A stretch of DNA of 64,000 nt from Candidatus Kapaibacterium sp. (GTDB taxonomy: Bacteria > Bacteroidota > Ignavibacteria > Kapaibacteriales > UBA2268). The stretch is from the NCBI GenBank assembly GCA_963665665.1, contig OY762428.1, positions 1,184,001-1,248,000 of the forward strand, written 5' to 3'. The position numbers and the translations under genes are program-made. Of this stretch, positions 1 through 10,787 are shown piece after piece; position 1 is the stretch's first letter; each line of letters opens with the position of its first letter. The notes beneath the pieces were generated by a model that did no database searches, was not told the DNA's origin, and saw only the letters and a list, made by a program, of their open reading frames with translations.

Positions 1-739
1 TAATATCAGAAATGTCAAAATCAGCTTTTCTAAGAAGCTCAATAATTATTTTTTTGTCTAGAATGTTTTCATCCAGTCCGCCTGAAATATTAGGATATAG
101 TGGAGACGAAGGCTCAACAATTGGTTTAAGCAGGTTATTAAACCAATCTGATACATTCTCCAGTTGTTCAATATAAATATTTGTTTTCAGATAGCCGCCA
201 AGCACCGTATTATTAGTCAATGTATTGGTTTCGAGAACATTTTTAGCTTCCTTGCTAATACTTATCTTACTTCCAAAGGAAATTTTTGATATCATTTTTA
301 ATGTATCAGTTGTCCGGTTAAATACAATCGCCTTATTTGGATCATGGAAAAGAAGTGATTCTTTTACAATAGAAGTTTGATTAAATTCTAAATAATAGGT
401 GTATTTTATTCCCTTATGAATAAAATCTATACCTAATTTAGTGTTTGCCTTTGACGTTACCGCGTTAAACAGAAAAGGTTTGTAGTAAAGTAAATCATTT
501 TTCTTTTCAAGCGGTTGAGTTACAAGAACTCTAAGTAGTTCAATGGCCATTAAAATATTAGTTTTTCCCGATGCATTGGCCCCGTATATCAAGCCAAATT
601 TTAATATCCTGATCTTCTTTCCATTTCCGCATTTTAAAATATAATAATCTTCGAGATCTTTTGACCTGTCTGCTTCAAAAGACAAGACAATCTCTTCCTT
701 AATCGATTTGAAGTTCTCAACTCTAAAATTTAATATCAT
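1..739 (-). CDS. AAA_21/AbiEii-RloA-like ATPase, 3' end runs off the window
   Basis: Manual translation from ATG at 739 gives MILNFRVENFKSIKEEIVLSFEA...GLIYGANASGKTN (Walker A), a typical AAA_21 N-terminus. Absent from the ORF track because it is truncated. Confidence 0.85.
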   Translation of the reverse strand, partial: MILNFRVENFKSIKEEIVLSFEADRSKDLEDYYILKCGNGKKIRILKFGLIYGANASGKTNILMAIELLRVLVTQPLEKKNDLLYYKPFLFNAVTSKANTKLGIDFIHKGIKYTYYLEFNQTSIVKESLLFHDPNKAIVFNRTTDTLKMISKISFGSKISISKEAKNVLETNTLTNNTVLGGYLKTNIYIEQLENVSDWFNNLLKPIVEPSSPLYPNISGGLDENILDKKIIIELLRKADFDISDI

Positions 740-988
740 TTTTTATCTAATATTTGTAAATCAATTACATATATCAATATAATTATTATAATATAAAGAA
801 TATTTGTTAAAATACAATGATTATTTCTACAAATTATCACAATAAAAAATATTTTATTTTCCATTTTTTCAGTTTCTTCTATTTGACTGATTTTACTATT
901 CCTATTGTGAAATATTAAATTATTTTGATATTTTTGATACTTGATTGATAATCGGAAAAAAAACTATAAAACTGATTAGAATAAAACG

Positions 989-1555
989 ATGACATACAAC
1001 GGAGCAAAAATGATAAGGCCAGACTGGGATCAATTATACATTACAATGTGCTACCTTGTTGGTATGCGAAGCAGGGATTCACATACTCATGTGGGCTCGG
1101 TAATAGTGGATTCGGATAATGTTTTGGTATCCACGGGGTACAACTCCCTGCCACGTGGAATTGAAATAGACAACGAGGAAAAAAGGCTTTCCAGGGAAAA
1201 CGGTGAAAAATATTACTGGCTGGAACATGCCGAAAGAAACGCGATTTACAACGCTGCCCGGCGGGGAACCGTGCTAAAGGGATGCAAACTTTACGTACCG
1301 TGGACTCCTTGTGCCGATTGTGCCAGGGGTATCATCCAGTGTGGTATTTCCGAGGTAATTATCCATAAGAACGGCCAGGATTTTTACGATGAACATACAA
1401 ATGGCAAATGGGTTGCCCAGCACGACAGAACCAATGAAATGTTCAGTGAAGCAGGCGTGAAAGTTCGTATGCTTGAATGTGACGTAGTAATACCGGAAAT
1501 TTATATGAATGCGAAAATCCACGATGCACAGGTATATCTTAATAAACAGACTTAA
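989..1555 (+). CDS. dCMP deaminase (ComEB/deoxycytidylate deaminase family)
   Basis: Zn motifs HAERNA and PCADC; STGYN motif; N-terminal RPDWD. Confidence 0.92.
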   Translation: MTYNGAKMIRPDWDQLYITMCYLVGMRSRDSHTHVGSVIVDSDNVLVSTGYNSLPRGIEIDNEEKRLSRENGEKYYWLEHAERNAIYNAARRGTVLKGCKLYVPWTPCADCARGIIQCGISEVIIHKNGQDFYDEHTNGKWVAQHDRTNEMFSEAGVKVRMLECDVVIPEIYMNAKIHDAQVYLNKQT

Positions 1556-1576
1556 ATTTTATTTGAATTTGATATT

Positions 1577-1609
1577 AAAAACGGGACTTTTTAAAAGCCC
1601 CGTTTTTTT
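1577..1609. terminator. Bidirectional intrinsic terminator
   Basis: aaaaacgggactttt-t-aaaagccccgttttttt hairpin between convergent genes. Confidence 0.8.
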
Positions 1610-1615
1610 AATTTT

Positions 1616-4600
1616 TTATCTGACTATAAATTTTGATACTTTGAAATTCTTTCCTGATGAGACCCTTATAAAATATATCCCGGGGGAAAGCTTTAAGTTC
1701 AGGTTTTTGGAATAAACCAAATCCAACTTTTTAAATTTACCCTTATCAATAATATATCCTTTTAAATCAGATATTTCATAATGAATATCACCAATAAACC
1801 CATTAGATAGTTTAAGCGCAAATTCACCATCATTAGGATTGGGAATTATTTCAATATCACTATTTGATTGAAGATTATCTTCAACACCCAAAATATAATC
1901 ATAAGCCTCGGATTCTGCATCACAACCATTTTCATCATAAATTACTACCGTAACCAGGCCACTACTTTGAGGCTGAAAGGTAGATGACTCCTCACCCTGA
2001 ACCGGCTCGCCGTCAAGATTCCACTGATATCCGGTTGCCGGAGTAGAATAAAGAACCCCGTCGGTTTCCGATATTTCTGGTTTATCCGGGTTGGGAACCA
2101 CCGTCACTTCCAGGCTGTCAATAGCTTTACAGCCATCTTTTGTCCAGGCCGAAAGAGTATATATACCTGCTTCAGTAATAAATCTTTTTTTATCAGTAGA
2201 GCCGTCCTCCCATTCGAAATCAATAAATCCAAGCCCGGATTGCAGCATAAGGGTATCTCCTTCACACAATGGATTATTGCCATTTGTCCGGATTTTTAAT
2301 TCAGGAACGCCATAAACAGTTACGTGGATAGTTTCTGACTTGGCAAAACAGTTTTTCTCGTTAGTGATCTTAACATTGTAAAGTCCGTTATCTTTTACAA
2401 CAATCGACCTTGTCGAGTCGCCTGTTGACCATTCAAATACCAGGTTATCAATATCATCGCGATCTGCAATATCAATTACCAGGCTGTCGCCTTCACAAAA
2501 ATCAGTTTCCCCGAGAAGTACAAGTTCCGGAGCATCAAGGTCGCAGTCAATAATCTCTGTTTCCCAAACTCCCCTGCCAAATGTAGCAGCTCTTAATTTT
2601 CCGGAACCATAGTGAATCTCAACTTCATTAACAACAACAGATGGCATACCATCGAAGAACGGTTCCCAATCCGAGGAATTATTATCCCTGTAAAACACTC
2701 CAATATCAGTACCTATATAAAGCCTGTCATCCGAGCTCTTCTCGTAAACAATAGAACTAACAGGAATATTCGGAAGTGTTCCTGTAATATTTATCCACTC
2801 GCTGCCATCATATTCAAAAACTTTATTTATTGCCGAGAACCCAGACAGGCAAACCCAAAGGCGCTCCGGATTCTCAGGATGAACTGCTATCTGAGAAATA
2901 TTGCCGGGAGGAGTAAACAATACTTCCCAGCTATTGCCACCATCACTTGTATAATATAGCCTTGAACTATTAGCTGCAAAAATATACTCAGAATTTGAAG
3001 GAGCTACAGCCAAAGCAGCCATAGTACGGCTCTGATTCAGATCGGATATCTTTTCCCAGTTATTCCCACGGTTTGTCGATTTCCAGACATTTTGAAAACC
3101 TGCGTAAATTATCCGGGGATCGGATGGGTCAATTAGAAATGGTGTAATCCATGCACCATTTTCATTAGTAATATTTCCGTTTAGAATCCCGGTTGCACTA
3201 TAACCGCCGTCAGTTGTTCTGGTAAGATTACCATAATACTGGGCATAATAAGCAATTTGCGAATTAGCCGGATCAACAGCACATTCCATACCGTCTCCAC
3301 CGACAATATGTGCCCATTCACCGTTGGAATATCTCTGCACACCATTGTCCTGTGTTCCGCAATAAATTATGCTTTCATCTGTAGCAGCATTGCCAAACCT
3401 GTATATCTGATGAATACTCATCCCGTCAGTAATATCTTCCCAATTTTTGGCATTATCGGAAGTTACATATACGCCGCCATCATTGGAATTGAAAAGTTCA
3501 TTAGTTCCCGGCCTGAATTCCAGGTAATGCTGATCAGCATGAACATAGGGCCTTTTGCTGCCCGTCCAATGAGTAACACTTTCCCAGCTGCCTCCGCCAT
3601 CCTGTGTTCTCCAGATATTTATTCCGCCAACATAAACAACATTATCTTCAGTTGGAGAAGCCGCAATGCAAAGATCATAGAACCCCTGCCCACCATCGTC
3701 TCCCCCGTTCCTGTTCCTGCCAAGAATATTGGGTTCAGTAGCTGTAACAGCCCAGGTATCACCGGCATCAGTAGAACGCACAAAAGAATGAAAACCCGAA
3801 TCATAAGAATTGGCTATAACAGCAAAAAATTTATCAGTGTCGAACGGACTTGAAGTCAACTCAATCCTTGAAGCTCCATTTGCCTGAAATATATGATCCC
3901 ATTCCACTCCTCCGTCAGTTGACTTAAAAATGGCACAATTACCTGCATTATAAGATACAGTGGCAACAATAATATTCGGGTCGTCGGTTTTGAATTCCAT
4001 ATCTTTAAAAAATCCGGCAGATGAGCGCTGCTCCCATGAATCACCACCATTTGTCGAACGGTAAACACCACCCTTACCCCCGGCAAGAATAATATCAGGA
4101 TCATCCGGGTTTATCAACAATCTTGCTATCAAATGGCCATCATCTATTTCTCTCTGCAAGCCTGTTAGCTTCCAGGTCTGTCCGCCGTCTGTCGATTTGA
4201 TAACACCAATGCTGTAGCCACGCGTCATGGAATACCCGTTTGCATCGCCTGTGGCAATATAAATTTCATCTGAATTATCAGGATTAATGGCAACATCAGT
4301 AATTCCCATAGCAAGAAAATCAGTTGTAGGCAGCAGTTCCCAATCCTGCCCGAGATTTGTTGAACGCCAGCAACCTCCGCCAGCCGAACCTGCATATAAA
4401 ATATTATTATTGTTAGGATCAAACCTTAACACATTTACCCTGCCAAGCCCGGAAGATTGATACCCCAATTTATTAACCGGCACATCAACAGGCCCGATCT
4501 CTTTCCAGTCAGCCACTGAGGATAATTTAGATTCTTTTCTTTTCTTCTGCATGTAAGAATCTATTTCCATCTTCACACTGAGCATATCAGGAAAAGAACC

Positions 4601-4828
4601 ATCAGGCAACAAACGCTGGCTCCAGAACCATTCCCATCTTTTAAACTGCTTCCAGCCTTTGCCTTTCTGAATTTCTTTGTCTTTAAAAAATTTGTTGAAC
4701 GAACTACTGATTTCCTGGAAATTTTCTCTCTGGTCGGGGCTGATATTGTAATACCAGCTTTGGCCGAAAGAATAAGAAAAAAAGCTAAAAAAGAAAACGA
4801 TTATCAATAAACTTGTAATTTTGGTCAT
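1616..4828 (-). CDS. Secreted VPS10/BNR-repeat beta-propeller protein with Ig-like repeats and T9SS type A CTD
   Basis: Signal peptide; KQFKRWEWFW N-terminal motif; many SxDGGxTW Asp-boxes; C-terminal IIPNPNDG...PGIYFIRV...KFIVR. Confidence 0.88.
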   Translation of the reverse strand: MTKITSLLIIVFFFSFFSYSFGQSWYYNISPDQRENFQEISSSFNKFFKDKEIQKGKGWKQFKRWEWFWSQRLLPDGSFPDMLSVKMEIDSYMQKKRKESKLSSVADWKEIGPVDVPVNKLGYQSSGLGRVNVLRFDPNNNNILYAGSAGGGCWRSTNLGQDWELLPTTDFLAMGITDVAINPDNSDEIYIATGDANGYSMTRGYSIGVIKSTDGGQTWKLTGLQREIDDGHLIARLLINPDDPDIILAGGKGGVYRSTNGGDSWEQRSSAGFFKDMEFKTDDPNIIVATVSYNAGNCAIFKSTDGGVEWDHIFQANGASRIELTSSPFDTDKFFAVIANSYDSGFHSFVRSTDAGDTWAVTATEPNILGRNRNGGDDGGQGFYDLCIAASPTEDNVVYVGGINIWRTQDGGGSWESVTHWTGSKRPYVHADQHYLEFRPGTNELFNSNDGGVYVTSDNAKNWEDITDGMSIHQIYRFGNAATDESIIYCGTQDNGVQRYSNGEWAHIVGGDGMECAVDPANSQIAYYAQYYGNLTRTTDGGYSATGILNGNITNENGAWITPFLIDPSDPRIIYAGFQNVWKSTNRGNNWEKISDLNQSRTMAALAVAPSNSEYIFAANSSRLYYTSDGGNSWEVLFTPPGNISQIAVHPENPERLWVCLSGFSAINKVFEYDGSEWINITGTLPNIPVSSIVYEKSSDDRLYIGTDIGVFYRDNNSSDWEPFFDGMPSVVVNEVEIHYGSGKLRAATFGRGVWETEIIDCDLDAPELVLLGETDFCEGDSLVIDIADRDDIDNLVFEWSTGDSTRSIVVKDNGLYNVKITNEKNCFAKSETIHVTVYGVPELKIRTNGNNPLCEGDTLMLQSGLGFIDFEWEDGSTDKKRFITEAGIYTLSAWTKDGCKAIDSLEVTVVPNPDKPEISETDGVLYSTPATGYQWNLDGEPVQGEESSTFQPQSSGLVTVVIYDENGCDAESEAYDYILGVEDNLQSNSDIEIIPNPNDGEFALKLSNGFIGDIHYEISDLKGYIIDKGKFKKLDLVYSKNLNLKLSPGIYFIRVSSGKNFKVSKFIVR

Positions 4829-4904
4829 TTTTCTGCCCGGTTAATTGTAATACTCCCTGCTAATTGTTCCCTTCGAATATCAGATGGCACCTGATATCAT
4901 ACTT

Positions 4905-4941
4905 AAAAATTGCCGTCCGAATAATATTATATCCGGACGGC
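4905..4941 (-). terminator. Hairpin / probable terminator between the two BNR paralogs
   Basis: gccgtccg...cggacggc stem, followed on the minus strand by a short U-rich tract. Confidence 0.55.
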
Positions 4942-4959
4942 TGATAACTAAAAGATTAT

Positions 4960-7900
4960 CTATTCTTTCACAAATCTTGTATTCAACAGTTTTGAACCTG
5001 ATTCCAGGATAATAATATAAACACCCGGCTCCAGATTCGATATATCAATTTTCTGCCTGATCATCTGAGAATTAGAATTGTACTCTCCGCTATAACAATT
5101 CTTGCCCAGAATATCAGTTATTCTGATCCGGTAATTATTAATACCATCAGCAAATGATTCAACAGTTATCTGTTCGGATGCCGGATTCGGCCTGACCACA
5201 AGGTAAGAACTAACTACTTCCTGATCATCTACCGAGGAAACGATTACCTCCATTGGTTCAGATACTGCCTTGCAGCCGTTTTCAGAACTTATTTCCACGT
5301 AATATATACCGTTTTCAATTACTGTATAATCACGGGATGTAGCTCCGCTGATTTTTTTGCCGTCTTTGTACCACTGATAGGCTTGTGCTTCTGAACTTGT
5401 AAGAGTAGTTTCATTCTTAGTAACAACCGGTTTGTCCGGAGCATCAAGCATTTCAACCATAATTGTATCAATTTTTATACAGCCGGCATCTGTTGTTCCT
5501 TTACAGCTATATTCTCCGGGCTGCCAAACTTTAATATTTCTATCTGTTTCACCTGTTGACCATAGAAACTCTTCAAAGGAAATACTGGCTGTAAGTGTGA
5601 TTGTATCACCCTGGCAGAATGGATTTCCGCCAAGTGCCCTTAGCTTTAAGTCCGGAACGGGATTAACCGTAACTGAAACTGTTTCCGTACTGGCTTTGCA
5701 GTTTTGATTATCTGTAACAGTACAATAATAATCTCCGGTTTCATCAACAACAATCGAATTAGTTGTTTCACCGTTATTCCATTCATAAGATTTATAAATA
5801 TCCGGAACGGATAAAGTTGTTGTTTCTCCTTCACATAAAGAGGTTTTTCCCTGAATTTCCACATCCGGTGCTTGAAGGCTGCAATTGGATACAGGAACTT
5901 CCCATAAGCCGCGGCCATAAGTTGCCGCCCTCATAACACCATTTGAATAAACAATATCAAGGTCGTTAATTACTACATTCGGAAGATTAACCCCATACAG
6001 TTCCCAATCTTCCATATTGTTATCTTTATAAAGAACACCAATATCAGTGCCGATATAAAGCCTGTCGGGTGTATCATTCTGATAGGCAATACAGTTTACC
6101 GGAACATTAGGTAATGATCCTGATACATTCACGAATTCAGTTCCGGTAAATTCATATACTTTTTCCCCATCTCCGTAACCGCCAAGAGTAAACCAGAAAT
6201 GCTCCGGTGATTTAGGATCAACAGCCACGGAGCTGAAAGGAAGCCCTGCTGTTATTAAAATACCCCAATTCCGGCCTCCGTCAGTTGTCCTGATCATTTT
6301 ATAACTCTCCCCATCCCAATTCATCAATACATATATAAAATCGGAGTTGGAAGGTGCTACAGAAATATGCCTGACAGTTGTGGGCAGACCAAAATTTGAT
6401 AACCTTTCGCCTGTTTCTCCCCTGTTTTCCAGTTTAAAAATATTCTGATATCCAATGTAAATAGTTTTTGTATCCTGAGGATCGAACACATAAGGTGTTA
6501 CCCAGGCACCCGCTTCATTAACAGCAGCCTGGTTTACCAATGGCAGAAAGCTGTCGCCACCGTCAGTGGAACGCCAGACAGAACCATAATAAAGCGATGT
6601 ATAAATATATCTTTCGTCTTCCTGATCTATCAGGCAGTCCATTCCGTCACCACCAAGGATGGTTTTCCACTGCCCGTTTTTCAGCATACTGGTTCCGTTA
6701 TCCTGTGAGCCGGCAACAATTAGATTCTTATTTTTTTCTGTTCCGGTTGATTTATAAAACTGAGTTATCTCAAGGCCGTCAGATAAATCAGACCACGAAG
6801 TCCCCCTATCCGTTGTTTTATGAATTCCACCGTCATTTCCACTATATAAATTTCCATTGCTGTCAAATACAAGGCAATGCTGATCGGCATGAATCCAGGG
6901 AGCGCCTACCCCCGTCCATGATGTAAGGATACTAAAACTAACGCCGCCGTTAACAGATTTCCAGAGGTTAACGCCGCCAATATATACTTCATTTTCATTA
7001 TATGGAGAAATTGCTATTGCAAGATCATAAATACCCTGGCCGCCTTCACCACCTCCGTCAATATCACTATGAAGGTAATTTGGTGTTTCAGCGCCGTCAG
7101 CAACAACAAACCAGTTCTTCCCGGCATCAGTTGACTTAAGCAGGGAATGGAATCCCTGATCGTTGTTGGCATTCAGCATATACACATAATTTGCATTAGC
7201 TTTTGTAACTGCTATTTCAGGTCGTCCAACACCAGGAAGCGGCAGAGGATCGCTTACGCTCGTATTACTCAAATTCACAGTTCTGAAAGTGTACTGGTTA
7301 TTCTCGATAAAACAGGCGAACAGAGTAGTAGGGTCGTCAACCTTGAATTCCATGTCACGGCAGATACCCTGAACATACTGATACCAGTTAGAGCCGCCGT
7401 CCGTTGTACCAAGAATACCGGCATTTGATGCAATAAAAACAATATTTGGATTCGAGGGGTGTACTAACATCCTGTTAATAAGAAGGCCGTTTGCCGGTTC
7501 AATATTCAAATTAGTCCTTGTCCAGCTTGTACCGCCGTTAGTAGTTTTCATTACTCCAACACTAAAACCTCGAACAACACCAAAAAATCCTCCTGCATCG
7601 GAATCGCCTGTGGCTGCGTAAACAATGTTTGAGTTATTAGGTGCAATTTGTATATCAGATATTCCTATAGACATTATACTGGTAAAAGGAAAAGTAAACC
7701 AGTCGGTTCCGCCGTTTGTTGATTTCCATACTCCGCCTGTTGCAGCGCCGGCCCATATTATATTATCATTATCAGGATCAAATGCAATAGTATTTATCCT
7801 CCCCATACCAGACTGTGGTGTCTGAGGTTTCAAAGCAGGCCTTCTTGTAGGGCCGAGCAATGTCCATTCAGGCTCGTCATCAAGCAGCTGATCCTTTTTC

Positions 7901-8184
7901 TTTTTTGAATTCAGGAAGCTTTCAACTTCTTTGAAAACATCTATTTGATTGGGGAATTTGCCGTCAGCGCCAATTCTTTGCGACCAGAAATTCTCAAGTC
8001 GCTTGAATGGCTTCCAGCCCATTCCCTTGCCGGGAGACTCATTCCCCCAGTAATTAAAATAACTCTCACTTATTTCATGCATGTTCTTAGGTGAATTTTC
8101 AAATTCCATCCATACCTGCGAACTAAGGTTGGAATATGAAAAGAGAAAAAGCAATGTTGCCAAAATTGAAACAAATTTCATCAA
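4960..8184 (-). CDS. Secreted VPS10/BNR-repeat beta-propeller protein with T9SS CTD (tandem paralog of 1616..4828)
   Basis: Same architecture: KPFKRLENFW, Asp-boxes, GGDGMDC, VRPNPA...PGVYII...RFVKE. Confidence 0.88.
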   Translation of the reverse strand: MMKFVSILATLLFLFSYSNLSSQVWMEFENSPKNMHEISESYFNYWGNESPGKGMGWKPFKRLENFWSQRIGADGKFPNQIDVFKEVESFLNSKKKKDQLLDDEPEWTLLGPTRRPALKPQTPQSGMGRINTIAFDPDNDNIIWAGAATGGVWKSTNGGTDWFTFPFTSIMSIGISDIQIAPNNSNIVYAATGDSDAGGFFGVVRGFSVGVMKTTNGGTSWTRTNLNIEPANGLLINRMLVHPSNPNIVFIASNAGILGTTDGGSNWYQYVQGICRDMEFKVDDPTTLFACFIENNQYTFRTVNLSNTSVSDPLPLPGVGRPEIAVTKANANYVYMLNANNDQGFHSLLKSTDAGKNWFVVADGAETPNYLHSDIDGGGEGGQGIYDLAIAISPYNENEVYIGGVNLWKSVNGGVSFSILTSWTGVGAPWIHADQHCLVFDSNGNLYSGNDGGIHKTTDRGTSWSDLSDGLEITQFYKSTGTEKNKNLIVAGSQDNGTSMLKNGQWKTILGGDGMDCLIDQEDERYIYTSLYYGSVWRSTDGGDSFLPLVNQAAVNEAGAWVTPYVFDPQDTKTIYIGYQNIFKLENRGETGERLSNFGLPTTVRHISVAPSNSDFIYVLMNWDGESYKMIRTTDGGRNWGILITAGLPFSSVAVDPKSPEHFWFTLGGYGDGEKVYEFTGTEFVNVSGSLPNVPVNCIAYQNDTPDRLYIGTDIGVLYKDNNMEDWELYGVNLPNVVINDLDIVYSNGVMRAATYGRGLWEVPVSNCSLQAPDVEIQGKTSLCEGETTTLSVPDIYKSYEWNNGETTNSIVVDETGDYYCTVTDNQNCKASTETVSVTVNPVPDLKLRALGGNPFCQGDTITLTASISFEEFLWSTGETDRNIKVWQPGEYSCKGTTDAGCIKIDTIMVEMLDAPDKPVVTKNETTLTSSEAQAYQWYKDGKKISGATSRDYTVIENGIYYVEISSENGCKAVSEPMEVIVSSVDDQEVVSSYLVVRPNPASEQITVESFADGINNYRIRITDILGKNCYSGEYNSNSQMIRQKIDISNLEPGVYIIILESGSKLLNTRFVKE

Positions 8185-8324
8185 TTACTCCGTACAAATA
8201 TTAATCACAACACTCTATCAAATAAAACATTGCAGTTTAAGGAAATATTTAATAATATTCAAGGAATATCGGAAAATAATGACAGGATTTATATTAATAC
8301 CCGCAGTTAGCATTATAAACAAAC

Positions 8325-8352
8325 AAAAAAGCCCCGATTAAAACCGGAGCTT
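8325..8352 (-). terminator. Intrinsic terminator
   Basis: Minus strand aagctccg-loop-cggggctt followed by a T run, downstream of the 8388 stop. Confidence 0.7.
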
Positions 8353-8387
8353 ATAATATAAATTTTAGAATATTTCAGAATAAAATT

Positions 8388-9350
8388 TTATCTGCTGATA
8401 GAAAGTATTTCCTGCCTTGTAATACCGTTCATTTCCAGGTTCAAATAGTAAATACCTGTAGGAATATTCGGAGCCATAAGATTATATATATACTCTCTTC
8501 CCGTATTTTGAATATTATCTGACAAAATCAAGGTTCCGTAACTGTCATATAATTCAATACTGATATTACCCGGTTGCAATGTCTGTATGTTTAGTTTTGT
8601 ACTTCCGGTAAATGGATTGGGGGCTATAGTGCAGGTAAAGTTTTCACTTCTGTCAGACACGGAATTTATCAAATCCAATACCATTAAACTGATCTTTATT
8701 TCCTCACCGCTATTCATTTTAATAAACAACTGATATTTGTTAGCATAGCCATAATAGGGTGATTCGTCAATAAAAGGGCCATACAGTTCCGTAGAATCAG
8801 AATTTCCTTTTGCTTTAACCGCAATAATTACTTCGTCGTCATATACTCCCTGAACCCCTCGCGTTACTTTGAAGCTGTCAATTTCGGCTTCATAGATCGT
8901 ACCCCAACTGATTACAACTCTATTATCCTCTTTTTTCGGGAAAAAAATATTATGGCAGTCGAAAAACACATAATCAATATCAACCATCAATATTTCAGAT
9001 GTTTCAAAACTACCATCCTTATCATGAATTTCCAGTTTGTATGCATTTTCTGCTCCTGGAATAAAATCAGTATCATTAATAGTATATTCCTTTATCTCCG
9101 CACTTGACCCGGCAGCCTGAACTTCTGCAACAACTTCATAAGGCCCGATAGCTCCCTGCTCAGCAACTGCCCTTTTCACAACAAATTTATCAGTATTTTC
9201 TTCAGAATTTGTTGCCCAGTCAATTTTAACTGATTCGTCCTGCCAGCTTGCTTTAAAATACGATAGCTCCGCCGGACATATTTTCTTACCGTTTCCGGCA
9301 AATAATAAAAAGGGAATAAAGAAAAATATTAGCATTGTTAAATATCTCAT
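8388..9350 (-). CDS. Small T9SS type A CTD protein with two 'PVEL-type' Ig-like modules
   Basis: Start reassigned to ATG at 9350 (MRYLTMLIFFF signal peptide). Modules PAELSYFKA..W.T.SE.N and ISWGTIYEAE; CTD IAPNPF...TGIYYL. Confidence 0.8.
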   Translation of the reverse strand: MRYLTMLIFFFIPFLLFAGNGKKICPAELSYFKASWQDESVKIDWATNSEENTDKFVVKRAVAEQGAIGPYEVVAEVQAAGSSAEIKEYTINDTDFIPGAENAYKLEIHDKDGSFETSEILMVDIDYVFFDCHNIFFPKKEDNRVVISWGTIYEAEIDSFKVTRGVQGVYDDEVIIAVKAKGNSDSTELYGPFIDESPYYGYANKYQLFIKMNSGEEIKISLMVLDLINSVSDRSENFTCTIAPNPFTGSTKLNIQTLQPGNISIELYDSYGTLILSDNIQNTGREYIYNLMAPNIPTGIYYLNLEMNGITRQEILSISR

Positions 9351-9516
9351 TGTTCCTCGCTCCGGATAATTGTGATTGAAATCAATTCGTTTTATAAATG
9401 TAACAATCAAATTTATGAAAATAATTTTGTATAACAAAAATTCCTGATATACCAGCCACCACAATCTACAAATTCAGACGCAGAGCAGAGAAAGGATTTC
9501 CCGGGCCTTTTCAGAA

Positions 9517-9603
9517 TGTCATTCCCTGTCCCGCTACGGATAAATCCCCGATAAATCGTGTCAGGCAGGTTCAGGCTGCCGGAGCGAAACAACTGAAAAT
9601 CCC
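9517..9603 (-). repeat. Degenerate nested REP-like/MITE-like element
   Basis: Minus strand reads gggattttcagttgtttcgctcc-[insert]-ggaatgaca. The insert holds cctgcc...ggacagg and cgatttatcgggg palindromic pieces. It shares the ...aatgac terminus with 25728-25819. Confidence 0.45.
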
Positions 9604-9974
9604 ATATTCTATATCAGATAATGTTGAAGAGCGGACTGTAATCTTAGCTTAGTCAAAGATCCCGTTCTGTCGGGGAATAACAAACTGCTAAATGATCTGA
9701 ATAACAAAACATCCCGCTAAGAGTTTTAAGCCTTTTCCTGATACGAGCATTAGCCTGCCGGATTTTATGCTTTGTGCCGCATTTCCCAGTTTTGTTCCCG
9801 AATGCAATATTGAACCTTCCCCGCGAAGTCCCTGAATTCCTGCCCGAAAAAGCAAAATTATTTCTCATATATAAATTTTCCCGCTGCTGCACTTGCTCTA
9901 TGGCCTCCGGGATATTTAATTTCACCCTTGTATTTGCCATTGTTTGGCAGACATATCCAAGCTTTTCTGCAATA

Positions 9975-10470
9975 ATATAAATTCTAATATTTGAATAATT
10001 ATATTATTATTCCAAATTATACTATTATCTATATAAATTACTATATTTTATATTGTTATAATAATATAACCAATCAGTCTTACCCTTGATATAGTTCATC
10101 TAACTAAATTATTAATATAAATTATTATATAATTATTACATATTATTAAATAATATTTGTAATCGATATAATTATTGATTTATCCTATAAAATATATTAT
10201 TAATTTTATCATTTATATAGTATATCTTTTTTGTTAGATATATTGAGTATTTTATAATTTATGTTATTTATTTTATTGCTTTAATCAATAATCTTATAAT
10301 TTGTTATGATAATATTTTTGAATGCGTCAAATTAATTATTATATGGATCGCTAATATTCTAATTTATATCATTAATTCCATAATTAGTAATAATTATATT
10401 ATAGTTTGATTTAGATATTTTATTTGACAGTTCAAATATTTACTTATTTATATAACTTATTCGATATTAT
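9975..10470. other. Extremely AT-rich non-coding tract
   Basis: Hand count gives about 6-9 G+C per 60 nt in lines 10021-10320; no credible ORF. Confidence 0.85.
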
Positions 10471-10757
10471 TAATTCAGGAATCTGTATTGACAGGCAAAC
10501 AGAGATTATTACGAAGCAATACAAAGCCATTTTTTGTTCGAATTTTGCTGAAGTAAATGATCGGATCGATATTATATGTAAGGAAAATCCTGTACAAGGG
10601 AATTAATTCAATATTTTGGAACTTCTAAACGCATTGTTCTGACCTACGAATTATAATATACGTTGGATAAAAGACTTCCCAAGCCTTTATTTCTATCGGA
10701 TTAAATGATCGAAAGAGCTTTTAGTGTGAATAAATTCAACTTTCCTATACAATAACA

Positions 10758-10787
10758 GAAAACTTCCGACTGTTGCCGGAAGTTTTC
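10758..10787 (-). terminator. Hairpin / probable terminator downstream of gldA
   Basis: Perfect 11-bp stem gaaaacttccg-N8-cggaagttttc. Confidence 0.65.

Noticed and set aside
989-1555. dCMP deaminase as an anti-phage dCTP deaminase working with the neighbouring ATPase
   Set aside because: It is a stand-alone 188-aa ComEB-like enzyme with no fused P-loop kinase and is transcribed divergently, so a housekeeping role is more parsimonious.
3257-3853. 198-aa + strand ORF and the many other short nested or antisense ORFs in the track
   Set aside because: They lie within long, well-supported genes and show no protein-family features.
9653-9980. 95-aa and 68-aa overlapping ORFs
   Set aside because: No recognisable motif or RBS; not supported as genes.
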